DNA of 52,273 bases from Bacillota bacterium (lineage in GTDB: Bacteria; Bacillota; Dethiobacteria; Dethiobacterales; Dethiobacteraceae): NCBI GenBank assembly GCA_012522075.1, contig JAAYLG010000043.1:1-52273 (forward strand). Direction: 5' to 3'. How positions within the stretch are numbered: position 1 is the stretch's first letter; the number at the start of each line of letters is the position of its first letter. The notes beneath the pieces were generated by a model. It saw nothing but the letters and a program-made list of their open reading frames with translations, was not told the origin of the DNA and searched no databases. This document shows, one piece after another, positions 27,516 to 35,965 of this stretch. The position numbers and the translations under genes were made by a program.

Positions 27516-28784
27516 ATGGACAGATATGTGATCCGTGGGGGAAGACGCCTGCAGGGGACTGTCCGGGTTGGAGGAGCAAAAAACGCCATTTTGCCGATTC
27601 TGGCGGCAACAGTTCTGAATAGAACTAAAGAAGATATTATCCTGACCAATGTCCCGCATATCAGGGATGTGGTAAAGATGGTTGATATCCTCCGCAGCCT
27701 GGGTGCGGAAATAACCTGGAGCGGCAATAATATGGTTGTTTCCACCCACAATTTGAGCGGTTTTGCCATCAGTGAGAAACTGATGCGGGAAATGCGCTCC
27801 ACGATTTTCCTGATGGGAGCACTTTTAGGGCGTTTTGGTCAGGTCTGCATCTCCCATCCCGGCGGTTGCGCCATCGGGCAGCGGCCGATAGAGCTGCACC
27901 TGAAAGGGCTGAGAAAACTGGGTGCCCAAATACGGGAGCAACATGGGTTTATTTACGCGTCCTGTTCCCGTCTAACCGGGGCCGAGATCCATCTGGACTA
28001 TCCCAGCGTAGGGGCAACGGAAAACATTATGATGGCTTCCGTTTATGCCCGCGGCATGACAGTAGTCAGCAATGCGGCCAAAGAGCCGGAAATAGTTGAT
28101 TTGCAAAATATGCTGAATAAAATGGGTGCCAAAATCCGCGGCGCCGGAACGGACCAAATTCGCATCACCGGCGTGACACAACTGCACGGCATTGAATACA
28201 GTGTGATCCCCGACCGGATTGTGGCCGGCACGCTGATGATTGCCGCCGCCGCCACCGGCGGTTCGGTTACGCTGGAGAATGTTATCCCCGGCCACCTGGA
28301 AGCGGTCACGGCAAAGCTTAGGGAAACGGGCGTGCAGGTGCGGGAAGAAAACGGCAGGCTGCATGTGGAAGCACCTCCCCGTCTGCGGGCTGTGGAGTAT
28401 GTCCGGACACTGCCCTATCCCGGCTTTCCAACCGATTTGCAGGCACCGATGATGGCCGCGCTGGTGAGGGCCAAAGGCACCAGCATCGTTATTGAAAATG
28501 TTTTTGACTCCCGCTTTAAACATGTAGGGGAGCTGAACCGCATGGGCGCACAAATTACTGTGGCCACGGACAACCGGAGAGCCATCGTCCATGGGGTGGA
28601 TAAACTGACAGGCGCCATAGTTACTGCTCCGGATTTGCGGGCGGGGGCAGCCTTGGTCATAGCCGGACTGACTGCCGAGGGAGAAACTGTGGTAGAAGGC
28701 CTGGAGCATATTATGAGGGGCTACGAAAATCTGGAAGGAGACCTGGCAAAGCTGGGAGCCGATATCAAACGTGTCCGTGGATAG
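27516..28784 (+). CDS. murA: UDP-N-acetylglucosamine 1-carboxyvinyltransferase
   Basis: This is the in-frame part of ORF 27435..28784. MDRYVIRGGRRLQGTVRVGGAKNAILPI is the N-terminus. The catalytic Cys lies in HPGGCAIGQRPIELH. Confidence 0.92.
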   Translation: MDRYVIRGGRRLQGTVRVGGAKNAILPILAATVLNRTKEDIILTNVPHIRDVVKMVDILRSLGAEITWSGNNMVVSTHNLSGFAISEKLMREMRSTIFLMGALLGRFGQVCISHPGGCAIGQRPIELHLKGLRKLGAQIREQHGFIYASCSRLTGAEIHLDYPSVGATENIMMASVYARGMTVVSNAAKEPEIVDLQNMLNKMGAKIRGAGTDQIRITGVTQLHGIEYSVIPDRIVAGTLMIAAAATGGSVTLENVIPGHLEAVTAKLRETGVQVREENGRLHVEAPPRLRAVEYVRTLPYPGFPTDLQAPMMAALVRAKGTSIVIENVFDSRFKHVGELNRMGAQITVATDNRRAIVHGVDKLTGAIVTAPDLRAGAALVIAGLTAEGETVVEGLEHIMRGYENLEGDLAKLGADIKRVRG

Positions 28785-28842
28785 CGGGCTGCTGCCGGCA
28801 GCCCGCCGCCGGCGTCCGGCAGAGAAAAGGCGGAGGTAAGAG

Positions 28843-29634
28843 ATGGACAAGTCCTTACGAAGACGAAGATACAGCAGACGGCACGCCCGGAAACCGGCTG
28901 CGACAGCCGCTGTAAAAAAATATTTTTTGCGCTTGCTGCTTATTTTTGTGCTTGTCTGTGCCGTCCTGGGCGTTTTGCGCTCCGATCTTTTCGACCTCAA
29001 GGAAGTTACAGTCACGGGCAATGAGCGTACCCCGGAAGCGGAAATACGGGAAGCGCTGCAGGTGGAGCGGGGGGTCAATATCCTACAGCTGGATCTGGAC
29101 GCTTTGACAGAAAGGGTGTTGGCCATTCCCCGCATTGCGCATGTGGATATCAGGCGTCTTTTGCCTGACGGGCTGCAGGTTGAAGTAACGGAGTATGACA
29201 CGCTGGTACTTGTCCCTTACCAGGAGCATTTTTTGGAAGTGGGGGAAAACGGCAAAATTTTAGGTTCAACGGCAGACCCGCAGCAATATGCCCTCCCCCT
29301 TTTGACAGGGCTTTTACCTGTGACGGGGAAAATGGGGGAGAATATTTTGGACGGGCGCCTGCTGGAGCAGGTACGGGAATTATGTTCGGCCCTGGCGGAA
29401 ACAGGCGTGCCTGTCTCTGAAATCAACACCTCCCAGGAAGAAAATTTGATTATTGTGACAATGGACGGGCTTTCCGTCTGGCTGGGAAATAAAAATTTTG
29501 CCGAAAAAGCACAAGTTCTGTTGCAGATTCTGGGACAGCTTGGCGGCCGTCAGGGGGAAGGCTACCTTGATTTACGCGTTCCTACGGCGCCTGCTTTCCA
29601 TATCATAGAAACAAAAAACACAAAAAACAATTAG
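28843..29634 (+). CDS. ftsQ: Cell division protein FtsQ/DivIB
   Basis: 263 aa. It has a basic N-terminus, one TM segment and a POTRA-like region (VTVTGNERTPEAEIREAL). It sits just before ftsA. Confidence 0.8.
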   Translation: MDKSLRRRRYSRRHARKPAATAAVKKYFLRLLLIFVLVCAVLGVLRSDLFDLKEVTVTGNERTPEAEIREALQVERGVNILQLDLDALTERVLAIPRIAHVDIRRLLPDGLQVEVTEYDTLVLVPYQEHFLEVGENGKILGSTADPQQYALPLLTGLLPVTGKMGENILDGRLLEQVRELCSALAETGVPVSEINTSQEENLIIVTMDGLSVWLGNKNFAEKAQVLLQILGQLGGRQGEGYLDLRVPTAPAFHIIETKNTKNN

Positions 29635-29713
29635 TCTAAAAAAAGGGAAAACTTCACTCTTGTTGAATAAATCTATAGTAACGCAAACATATGCGGCGAG
29701 AGGGTGTTGTGTG

Positions 29714-30934
29714 ATGAAACGCAACTTGATTTGCGGCCTGGATGTCGGCACTTCCCATGTACGGGCCATCGTCGGGGAAGTGGATCTGAACGGGACTATC
29801 AACATAATTGGTGTCGGGACAAGCCCTTCTCATGGTTTGAAAAAAGGGGTTATTGTCGATTTGGATAAAACGGTGGAAGCAATTGCAAACGCGGTGGAAG
29901 AAGCCGAGCGGATGGTGGGCACAACAATACCCTCCGTTTTTTTAGGTATAGTCGGTTCCCAGGTGGGGCTGATCGACAACCGCGGCGTAGTTGCTGTGGC
30001 CGGTGCCGATAAAGAAATTACGGAAGAAGATGTGGAACGTGTCCTGCAGGCCGCAAAAGTGATTGCCCTGCCACCGGATCGGGAAATTATCGATGTGATA
30101 CCGCGTGAATTCATTGTTGACGGCTATGACGGGATTCGAGACCCGGTAGGTATGGTAGGTGTACGGCTGGAAGTAGATGCCATGGTTATTACCGGCATGA
30201 TCACTTCCTTGCGCAATCTTTACCGCTGCGTGGAAAGGGCGGACCTGGAAATAGACGGTACTGTCCTTACTGCTTTGGCGAATGCGGAAGTGGCGCTCAC
30301 CAGAGATGAAAAAGAACTGGGAACAGTGCTTTTGGATCTGGGCGGTGGGACCACGGAAATAGCCGTTTTTCAGAACAGTTATCTGAAAAACCTGGCTGTC
30401 CTGCCTGTGGGAGGTGACCATATAACAAACGACATTGCGGTAGGCTTGCGGACAACATTGCAACACGCCGAGCGCCTGAAGCTTGACCACGGTGTGGCCA
30501 TGCAGAGCCTGGCTCCGGAGGAAGCCATGCTGGAACTGCCCCATATTTCCGGAAAAGAAGCACAGAAAGTACAAAAGAAAGAACTGGCAATGATTATTGA
30601 ATCGCGGCTGGTGGAAATCTTGCAGATGGCGGCCGAAACACTGGCGGAGATGGGAATTAAAGAACCGCTCCCGGCAGGGGTTGTCCTGACCGGCGGCGTT
30701 TCCCTGACGGAAGGACTGCCGGATTTGGCCGAGCAAATATTTCAGTCTGCAGTACGGGCTGCTCAACCTGGATATGTGGGGGTGAAAAGTCCTATTTATT
30801 CCACAGCGGTGGGAATTATTCATTATATTCAACATACACAGTTACATAACTTGCGAGAATATAGAGGAGGACGAATGGCGCTGCCAGGCTTTTTCAGCCG
30901 GGTAAAAAACTGGTTTTTAGAAATGTTTGACTAA
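29714..30934 (+). CDS. ftsA: Cell division protein FtsA
   Basis: This is the in-frame part of ORF 29660..30934. [22 protein letters not shown] and [12 protein letters not shown] are actin-fold motifs. Confidence 0.92.
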   Translation: MKRNLICGLDVGTSHVRAIVGEVDLNGTINIIGVGTSPSHGLKKGVIVDLDKTVEAIANAVEEAERMVGTTIPSVFLGIVGSQVGLIDNRGVVAVAGADKEITEEDVERVLQAAKVIALPPDREIIDVIPREFIVDGYDGIRDPVGMVGVRLEVDAMVITGMITSLRNLYRCVERADLEIDGTVLTALANAEVALTRDEKELGTVLLDLGGGTTEIAVFQNSYLKNLAVLPVGGDHITNDIAVGLRTTLQHAERLKLDHGVAMQSLAPEEAMLELPHISGKEAQKVQKKELAMIIESRLVEILQMAAETLAEMGIKEPLPAGVVLTGGVSLTEGLPDLAEQIFQSAVRAAQPGYVGVKSPIYSTAVGIIHYIQHTQLHNLREYRGGRMALPGFFSRVKNWFLEMFD

Positions 30935-30963
30935 ACTGCGTGATTGGGAAGGGGAGGCTATCT

Positions 30964-32016
30964 TTGATTGAGTTTGAGATGGAGATGGAGCAATTTGCAC
31001 AGATAAAAGTCATTGGTGTGGGAGGCGGCGGCAGCAATGCGGTAAACCGTATGATTGAAGCCGGTCTGCGTGGGGTTGAATTTATTGCTGTAAATACTGA
31101 CGCCCAGGCGCTTTATTTGTCCAATTCGGACCGTAAACTGCAGATTGGTGAAAAGCTGACCAAAGGTCTTGGAGCCGGTGCGAACCCGGAAATTGGCCAG
31201 CAGGCTGCGGAAGAAAGTAGAGAGGAAATCAAGGAAGCCCTGAAAGGGGCGGACATGGTTTTTGTCACGGCCGGTATGGGCGGTGGTACCGGTACAGGTG
31301 CGGCCCCGATAATTGCCGAAATCTCCCGTGAACTTGGTGCGCTTACAGTGGGAGTCGTAACCAAGCCTTTTACTTTTGAAGGGCGGCGCCGCCAGCAGAC
31401 GGCGGAGAAAGGTATTAATTTGCTGAAGGAGAAAGTGGACACGCTGATTGTCATCCCCAATGACAGGCTGCTGCAGGTGGTTGACAAGCGTACCCCCATC
31501 TTGGAAGCTTTCCGAGTCGCCGATGATGTCTTGCGTCAGGGCGTACAGGGGATTTCCGACCTGATAGCTGTTCCCGGCCTGATCAATCTGGATTTTGCCG
31601 ACGTGAAAACAATTATGAAGGAAACGGGAGCGGCACTGATGGGTATCGGTGTGGGTTCCGGTGACAACCGCACCCTGGAAGCGGCCAAGGCGGCCATTTC
31701 CAGCCCGCTTTTGGAAACTTCCATTGACGGTGCCCGCGGTGTCCTGCTGAATATTACAGGCGGTCCCAGTCTGGGACTCTTTGAAGTAAATGAAGCCGCC
31801 GATGTGGTGGCCGAAGCTGCCGATCCCGACGCCAATATTATTTTTGGTGCTGTGATTGATGACAGCCTGGGCGATGAAGTCCGTGTCACTGTCATAGCCA
31901 CCGGTTTTGACAACCGTGCCGCGGAGCGTAAGCAAATTATGCATGAGCTGGCACAAAAGAACTTTAACAACGAGGATATTGATATTCCGGCTTTCCTGCG
32001 CCGCAAACGCCCTTGA
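30964..32016 (+). CDS. ftsZ: Cell division GTPase FtsZ
   Basis: This is the in-frame part of ORF 30940..32016. TTG 30964 lies 6 nt after GGGGAGG and gives MIEFEME..., compared with B. subtilis [17 protein letters not shown] is present and the C-terminal peptide is DIPAFLRR. Confidence 0.95.
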   Translation: MIEFEMEMEQFAQIKVIGVGGGGSNAVNRMIEAGLRGVEFIAVNTDAQALYLSNSDRKLQIGEKLTKGLGAGANPEIGQQAAEESREEIKEALKGADMVFVTAGMGGGTGTGAAPIIAEISRELGALTVGVVTKPFTFEGRRRQQTAEKGINLLKEKVDTLIVIPNDRLLQVVDKRTPILEAFRVADDVLRQGVQGISDLIAVPGLINLDFADVKTIMKETGAALMGIGVGSGDNRTLEAAKAAISSPLLETSIDGARGVLLNITGGPSLGLFEVNEAADVVAEAADPDANIIFGAVIDDSLGDEVRVTVIATGFDNRAAERKQIMHELAQKNFNNEDIDIPAFLRRKRP

Positions 32017-32023
32017 CGGGAAA

Positions 32024-32055
32024 AGCGCTGCGGATGATTCCGCGGCGTTTTTTTT
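32024..32055 (+). terminator. Rho-independent terminator after ftsZ
   Basis: GCGCTGCGG-atgatt-CCGCGGCGT followed by T8. Confidence 0.7.
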
Positions 32056-32090
32056 GACGTCAAAGCGGCAGGCGGCGAAACTATTTACTG

Positions 32091-32137
32091 TTCGACACGA
32101 GGGAGTGACAAATTTCTTTGCGGAGATAGTTTATAAT
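32091..32137 (+). promoter_or_regulatory. Putative spoIIG promoter region with a Spo0A box
   Basis: TTCGACA at 32091..32097 is an exact reverse 0A box. A TTGACA-like GTGACA at 32105..32110 lies 21 nt from TATAAT at 32132..32137. That over-long spacer resembles the B. subtilis spoIIG promoter. A second TATAATGT copy is at 32164. Confidence 0.45.
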
Positions 32138-32213
32138 GTGGCATAGGCAGCGGCAGCGGCACATATAATGTAGCGGTTTTGTCCAACCATTTGCCGGGGC
32201 GGGGTGTTGAACC

Positions 32214-33110
32214 ATGTTTGTTGAAGATCTCCTTGCCCTAAATTTTGTGATGAACACATCTTTGCTGTATCTGACAGCGCGTCTAACAGGCAGAGATGTG
32301 GCAAGAAAGCGGCTTCTGGCGGGCGGGCTGGCGGCGGCATGCTACAGCCTTGCCGCTTATTTGCCGCTGCCCTGGCTGTTTTTCTCTTGGTTAGGCAAAA
32401 TCGCCGCATCTGCCATTATTATTGTCCTTACTTTCCGGCCTGCACGGGCTGCAGAGGCGCTACGCCTGTGCGGCGCTTTCCTTTTGGTTTCGTTTTTTTT
32501 GGGAGGGGCGGTTTTTGCTCTGGCTTTTCTGAGCAATACCAGGTTTTTGCTTTCCGGCGGCGTTTTTTATCTGGAGCCGCCGCGGCCGGGGATGCTCCTT
32601 GGCGGTGTCATTCTTGCTTTCATTATCCTGCCCGGGATTTGGCGTTTCGGTGAGCGCCGGCGCAGGCGAAAGGCCGACAGCTACCGGTTAACTGTCTGCG
32701 ATGCCGACATGTGTGTTCAGGTACAGGCTGTAGTGGATACAGGGAACCAGCTGCGGGATCCCCTGACAGGACGTCCGCTGTGTGTGGCAAGCTACCACGC
32801 GCTGCGCCGGCTGTTGCCGGAAGTATTGTATGCCGCATTTAACGGGGACGGCGACCCTGTACTTGCCCTGGAGCGGCTTGACATTGATAGGGCGACACAG
32901 TTTGGGGTTGCTCCCTTTCGTTCCCTGGAAAACGGCGGCATTTTGGTGACATACAAGCCTGCGCGCGTCATCCTGGAGCATAATGAAAAGAGAGAGGAGA
33001 GACAGGATTTGCTTTTTGCCCTGACCTCAACAACATTGTCTTTGGACAATGATTATCAGGTTTTATTGCATCCTTTTATTTTTGAGCCGCAAGGGGGTGC
33101 GGACTGTTGA
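32214..33110 (+). CDS. spoIIGA: Sigma-E processing aspartic peptidase SpoIIGA
   Basis: 298 aa. It has N-terminal TM segments and the catalytic [16 protein letters not shown] motif. It lies immediately upstream of sigE. Confidence 0.88.
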   Translation: MFVEDLLALNFVMNTSLLYLTARLTGRDVARKRLLAGGLAAACYSLAAYLPLPWLFFSWLGKIAASAIIIVLTFRPARAAEALRLCGAFLLVSFFLGGAVFALAFLSNTRFLLSGGVFYLEPPRPGMLLGGVILAFIILPGIWRFGERRRRRKADSYRLTVCDADMCVQVQAVVDTGNQLRDPLTGRPLCVASYHALRRLLPEVLYAAFNGDGDPVLALERLDIDRATQFGVAPFRSLENGGILVTYKPARVILEHNEKREERQDLLFALTSTTLSLDNDYQVLLHPFIFEPQGGADC

Positions 33111-33835
33111 GACCGGCGCTTTGGAAACTGCGGTTGCGCCTGCTGCAAGTGCGCCTGCTGCAACGACTGGGACTGGAATACCTGCCGGAAATCTATTACG
33201 TGAGCAGTTCAGAAACTCTGCCGCCGCCGCTCTCACAGGAAGAAGAGAATTTTCTTTTGGAAAAGCTTAAACAGGGTGACAACGCAGTAAAAATAGTTTT
33301 AATTGAACGCAACCTGAGGCTTGTGGTTTATATAGCCAGGAAGTTTGAAAACACGGGTATTCATATTGATGATCTTGTTTCCATCGGCACCATCGGTTTA
33401 ATTAAAGCTGTTAATACTTTTGATCCGCATAAAAATATCAAGCTGGCCACCTATGCCTCAAAATGCATTGAAAATGAAATTTTAATGTTTTTACGGCGGA
33501 ATAATAAGGTTAAAGCGGAGGTTTCTTTTGACGAACCGCTGAATGTAGACTGGGACGGCAATGAACTTTTGCTGTCCGATGTGCTTGGGACTGAAAACGA
33601 CCTGGTGTTGAAAAACCTGGAAACGGAAGTGGAACGGAAATTGCTTTACTCCGCTATTGAGAAGCTGAATTGCCGGGAAAAAAGGATCATGGAACTTCGT
33701 TTCGGGCTTTTGGGCCAGGAAGAAAAAACGCAAAAAGAAGTGGCCGTAATGCTTGGCATTTCACAGTCTTACATTTCCCGGCTGGAAAAACGCATCATAA
33801 AACGCTTGAAGAAAGAAATTAAGAAAATGGAATAA
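33107..33835 (+). CDS. sigE: RNA polymerase sporulation sigma factor E (pro-sigma-E)
   Basis: 242 aa and near-collinear with B. subtilis Sig[34 protein letters not shown] and YISRLEKRI are present. Confidence 0.95.
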   Translation: MRPALWKLRLRLLQVRLLQRLGLEYLPEIYYVSSSETLPPPLSQEEENFLLEKLKQGDNAVKIVLIERNLRLVVYIARKFENTGIHIDDLVSIGTIGLIKAVNTFDPHKNIKLATYASKCIENEILMFLRRNNKVKAEVSFDEPLNVDWDGNELLLSDVLGTENDLVLKNLETEVERKLLYSAIEKLNCREKRIMELRFGLLGQEEKTQKEVAVMLGISQSYISRLEKRIIKRLKKEIKKME

Positions 33836-33868
33836 AGCAATATTTGTCAGTCCATGCAAGCTTTATCT

Positions 33869-33896
33869 GTATAAAAACACCTTCTTCGGACATACT
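33869..33896 (+). promoter_or_regulatory. Candidate forespore (sigma-F/G-type) promoter of sigG: GTATA-17-CATACTG
   Basis: GTATA at 33869..33873 and CATACT at 33891..33896. This fits my recollection of the sigma-G consensus, GnATA-17/18-CATnnTA. Confidence 0.4.
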
Positions 33897-33952
33897 GCTG
33901 GTAGAACAGGGGATTTCTTTCCTTGTCATTTTCAGCCGGGAGGAGATGGAGC

Positions 33953-34726
33953 TTGCTAAACAAGGTTGAAATCTGTGGAGTGAATACAGCAAAACTACCC
34001 GTCCTAAAGAATGAAGAAATGCGCCGGCTGTTTAAACAGTTGCAGGCCGGAGATGAGAGCGCCAGGGAAAAGCTGGTAAATGGAAATCTACGGCTTGTCT
34101 TAAGTGTAATCCAACGTTTCAATAACCGGGGTGAATATGTGGATGACCTTTTCCAGGTTGGCTGCATTGGCCTGATTAAAGCCATTGACAACTTTGACCT
34201 GGGACAGAATGTTAAATTTTCCACCTATGCCGTCCCCATGATTATCGGTGAAATCCGCCGTTATCTGCGGGACAATAACCCGATCCGTGTTTCCCGCTCC
34301 CTGCGGGACATTGCTTATAAAGTCCTGCAGGTGAGGGACAGCCTGGCCAACCGTCTGGGCCGGGAACCCAATATTGGCGAAATAGCAAATGAACTGGACT
34401 TAAAAAGGGAAGATATAGTTTTTGCCTTGGATGCCATCCAGGAACCGGTCTCGCTTTTTGAACCTATTTATCATGACGGCGGCGACCCCATTTTTGTCAT
34501 GGACCAGATTGCGGACGAAAAAAATGAAAACGAAAAATGGCTGGAAGTTCTGGCAGTTAAAGAGGCGCTGCAAAAACTGAATGAACGGGAAAAGCTGATT
34601 CTTACCCTGCGCTTTTACCGGGGGAAAACGCAGATGGAAGTAGCTGATGAAATCGGTATCTCCCAGGCTCAAGTTTCCAGGCTGGAAAAAGCGGCTCTTT
34701 CTCATTTGCGCAAACATGTGCAGTAA
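33953..34726 (+). CDS. sigG: RNA polymerase sporulation sigma factor G
   Basis: This is the in-frame part of ORF 33923..34726. TTG 33953 lies 7 nt after GGGAGGAG. NKVEICGVNTAKLPVLKNEEMRRLF and GNLRLVLSVIQRFNNRGEYVDDLFQVGCIGL almost match B. subtilis SigG. Confidence 0.95.
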   Translation: MLNKVEICGVNTAKLPVLKNEEMRRLFKQLQAGDESAREKLVNGNLRLVLSVIQRFNNRGEYVDDLFQVGCIGLIKAIDNFDLGQNVKFSTYAVPMIIGEIRRYLRDNNPIRVSRSLRDIAYKVLQVRDSLANRLGREPNIGEIANELDLKREDIVFALDAIQEPVSLFEPIYHDGGDPIFVMDQIADEKNENEKWLEVLAVKEALQKLNEREKLILTLRFYRGKTQMEVADEIGISQAQVSRLEKAALSHLRKHVQ

Positions 34727-34758
34727 ACAGTTCACTTTAGCTAAAGGAGGTGGAGAAG

Positions 34759-34956
34759 GTGCACAAGAGGCTGTTATGCAAAGCGGCAACATGTATCATG
34801 CTGCTCTTCACCTTGCTTTTCGTGTTCCTGTCTCCTCCAGGTGAAACAATACAAGCTTTCAACCAGTCCAATCTAATTCGTGTTTCTGAAGTACGGGAAG
34901 TGGACGGCCGGATTTTTTACCGGCGTGTAGCCCCCGTGTCCGATTTCTTCCCCTGA
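34759..34956 (+). CDS. Hypothetical small protein with an N-terminal hydrophobic (signal or anchor) segment
   Basis: The ORF-track frame runs 34750..34956. GTG 34759 lies 9 nt after AAGGAGG. CIMLLFTLLFVFLSPP is hydrophobic. A terminator follows. I recognise no family. Confidence 0.4.
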   Translation: MHKRLLCKAATCIMLLFTLLFVFLSPPGETIQAFNQSNLIRVSEVREVDGRIFYRRVAPVSDFFP

Positions 34957-34960
34957 AAAG

Positions 34961-34990
34961 CCCCCGGTTTGCCCGGGGTGATTATTTCTT
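34961..34990 (+). terminator. Rho-independent terminator
   Basis: CCCCGG-tttgc-CCGGGG followed by a T-rich tail. A second hairpin with T9 ends near 35036. Confidence 0.55.
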
Positions 34991-35097
34991 AGGCTGCGCC
35001 CGGCCAAAGTGCAAGCGGCAGCAGGCTTTTTTTTTGTGTTTCCGGGCAGGCCAAGCGGCATATACTGTAGGAAAGGAACAGAAAGAAGAGGTGTGAA

Positions 35098-35343
35098 ATG
35101 ATAAAAATTTCCGACCTCCGCAGCAGGGAAGTTATCAATATTGTGGATGGCAGGCGCCTCGGTGTGATCTGCGACCTGGACCTTGATCTGGAAAACGGAC
35201 GTGTGGCCGCCATCATTGTCCCGGGCAGCACAGGACTGTTCAGTTTTTTGGGCGGCGGGCGCGATTATGTCATACCATGGGAAAATATTGTGAAAATTGG
35301 CGTAGACACTATTTTGGTGGAAGTAAAAGGGCTGACAGGATGA
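35098..35343 (+). CDS. ylmC: YlmC/YmxH-family PRC-barrel sporulation protein
   Basis: 81 aa. ISDLRSREVINIVDGRRLGVICDLDLDLENGRVAAIIVP is the typical YlmC/YmxH sequence. Confidence 0.85.
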   Translation: MIKISDLRSREVINIVDGRRLGVICDLDLDLENGRVAAIIVPGSTGLFSFLGGGRDYVIPWENIVKIGVDTILVEVKGLTG

Positions 35344-35402
35344 CAGGTAAAGGCAGCTTGCCGTGTCACCGGATTTGGCCCGTTTTTTCTTCTGCAAAAC
35401 AC

Positions 35403-35454
35403 TTGCCATACTATATATGGTGTTGTATAATAATCCCAGCACTATATGTTGTGT
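35403..35454 (+). promoter_or_regulatory. nrdR-nrdDG promoter (TTGCCA-17-TATAAT) with two tandem NrdR boxes
   Basis: Box 1 is ATACTATATATGGTGT at 35408..35423 and box 2 is GCACTATATGTTGTGT at 35439..35454. Each matches 14 of 16 positions of acaCwAtATaTwgtgt. Their starts are 31 bp apart. They flank the -10 element at 35426..35431. Confidence 0.7.
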
Positions 35455-35475
35455 CGTTGGCAGGGAGGTATGCCG

Positions 35476-35943
35476 GTGAAATGCCCGTACTGTGGATGTC
35501 AGGAAAGCCGTGTGATTGACTCCCGTTCGACGGACGAAGGTGCCGCCATTCGTCGGAGGCGGGAGTGTACTCTGTGTGAGAGGCGTTTTACTACTTATGA
35601 AAAGCTGGAAGAGTTGCCGCTGATTGTGGTGAAACGTGATGGTAGCAGGCAGCTTTTTGACCGCAACAAAATAATCAACGGCCTGATTTATGCAGGGGGC
35701 AAGCAAAAAATACCATTATCTGTTTTTGAGGAGTTGGTGGACGAGCTGGAAAAGGAATTGCGCAGCAGTTATATGCAGGAAGTAACATCCGATGAAATCG
35801 GTCGGCGTGTTTTGGCCAAACTGCTTGATATTGATGAAGTGGCATATGTCCGTTTTGCTTCCGTATACCATAAATTCAAGGACATAGACGATTTTAAAAA
35901 GGCGCTGGCAGAAATGCCGCAGAGGAAGAGGAATACCGACTAG
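35476..35943 (+). CDS. nrdR: Transcriptional repressor NrdR
   Basis: This is the in-frame part of ORF 35446..35943. GTG 35476 lies 7 nt after AGGGAGG. The zinc ribbon is KCPYCGCQESRVIDSR...CTLCERRFTTYE, followed by an ATP-cone. Confidence 0.92.
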   Translation: MKCPYCGCQESRVIDSRSTDEGAAIRRRRECTLCERRFTTYEKLEELPLIVVKRDGSRQLFDRNKIINGLIYAGGKQKIPLSVFEELVDELEKELRSSYMQEVTSDEIGRRVLAKLLDIDEVAYVRFASVYHKFKDIDDFKKALAEMPQRKRNTD

Positions 35944-35965
35944 CTACGGAGAGTGAGGGAAGGAT

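Noticed and set aside
27972-29201. 409-aa ORF antisense to murA and ftsQ
   Set aside because: It lies entirely opposite two well-supported conserved genes. The product is Arg/Gly/Ser/His-rich and low-complexity with no motifs or RBS. This is the typical antisense open frame seen in GC-rich coding DNA.
30958-31956. 332-aa ORF antisense to ftsZ and 297-aa ORF (29942..30835) antisense to ftsA
   Set aside because: These are mirror frames of highly conserved genes, with no independent coding evidence.
34873-35706. 277-aa minus-strand ORF spanning ylmC, the NrdR boxes and the nrdR start
   Set aside because: It overlaps two recognisable plus-strand genes and their promoter and terminator elements. 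The translation has no recognisable features.
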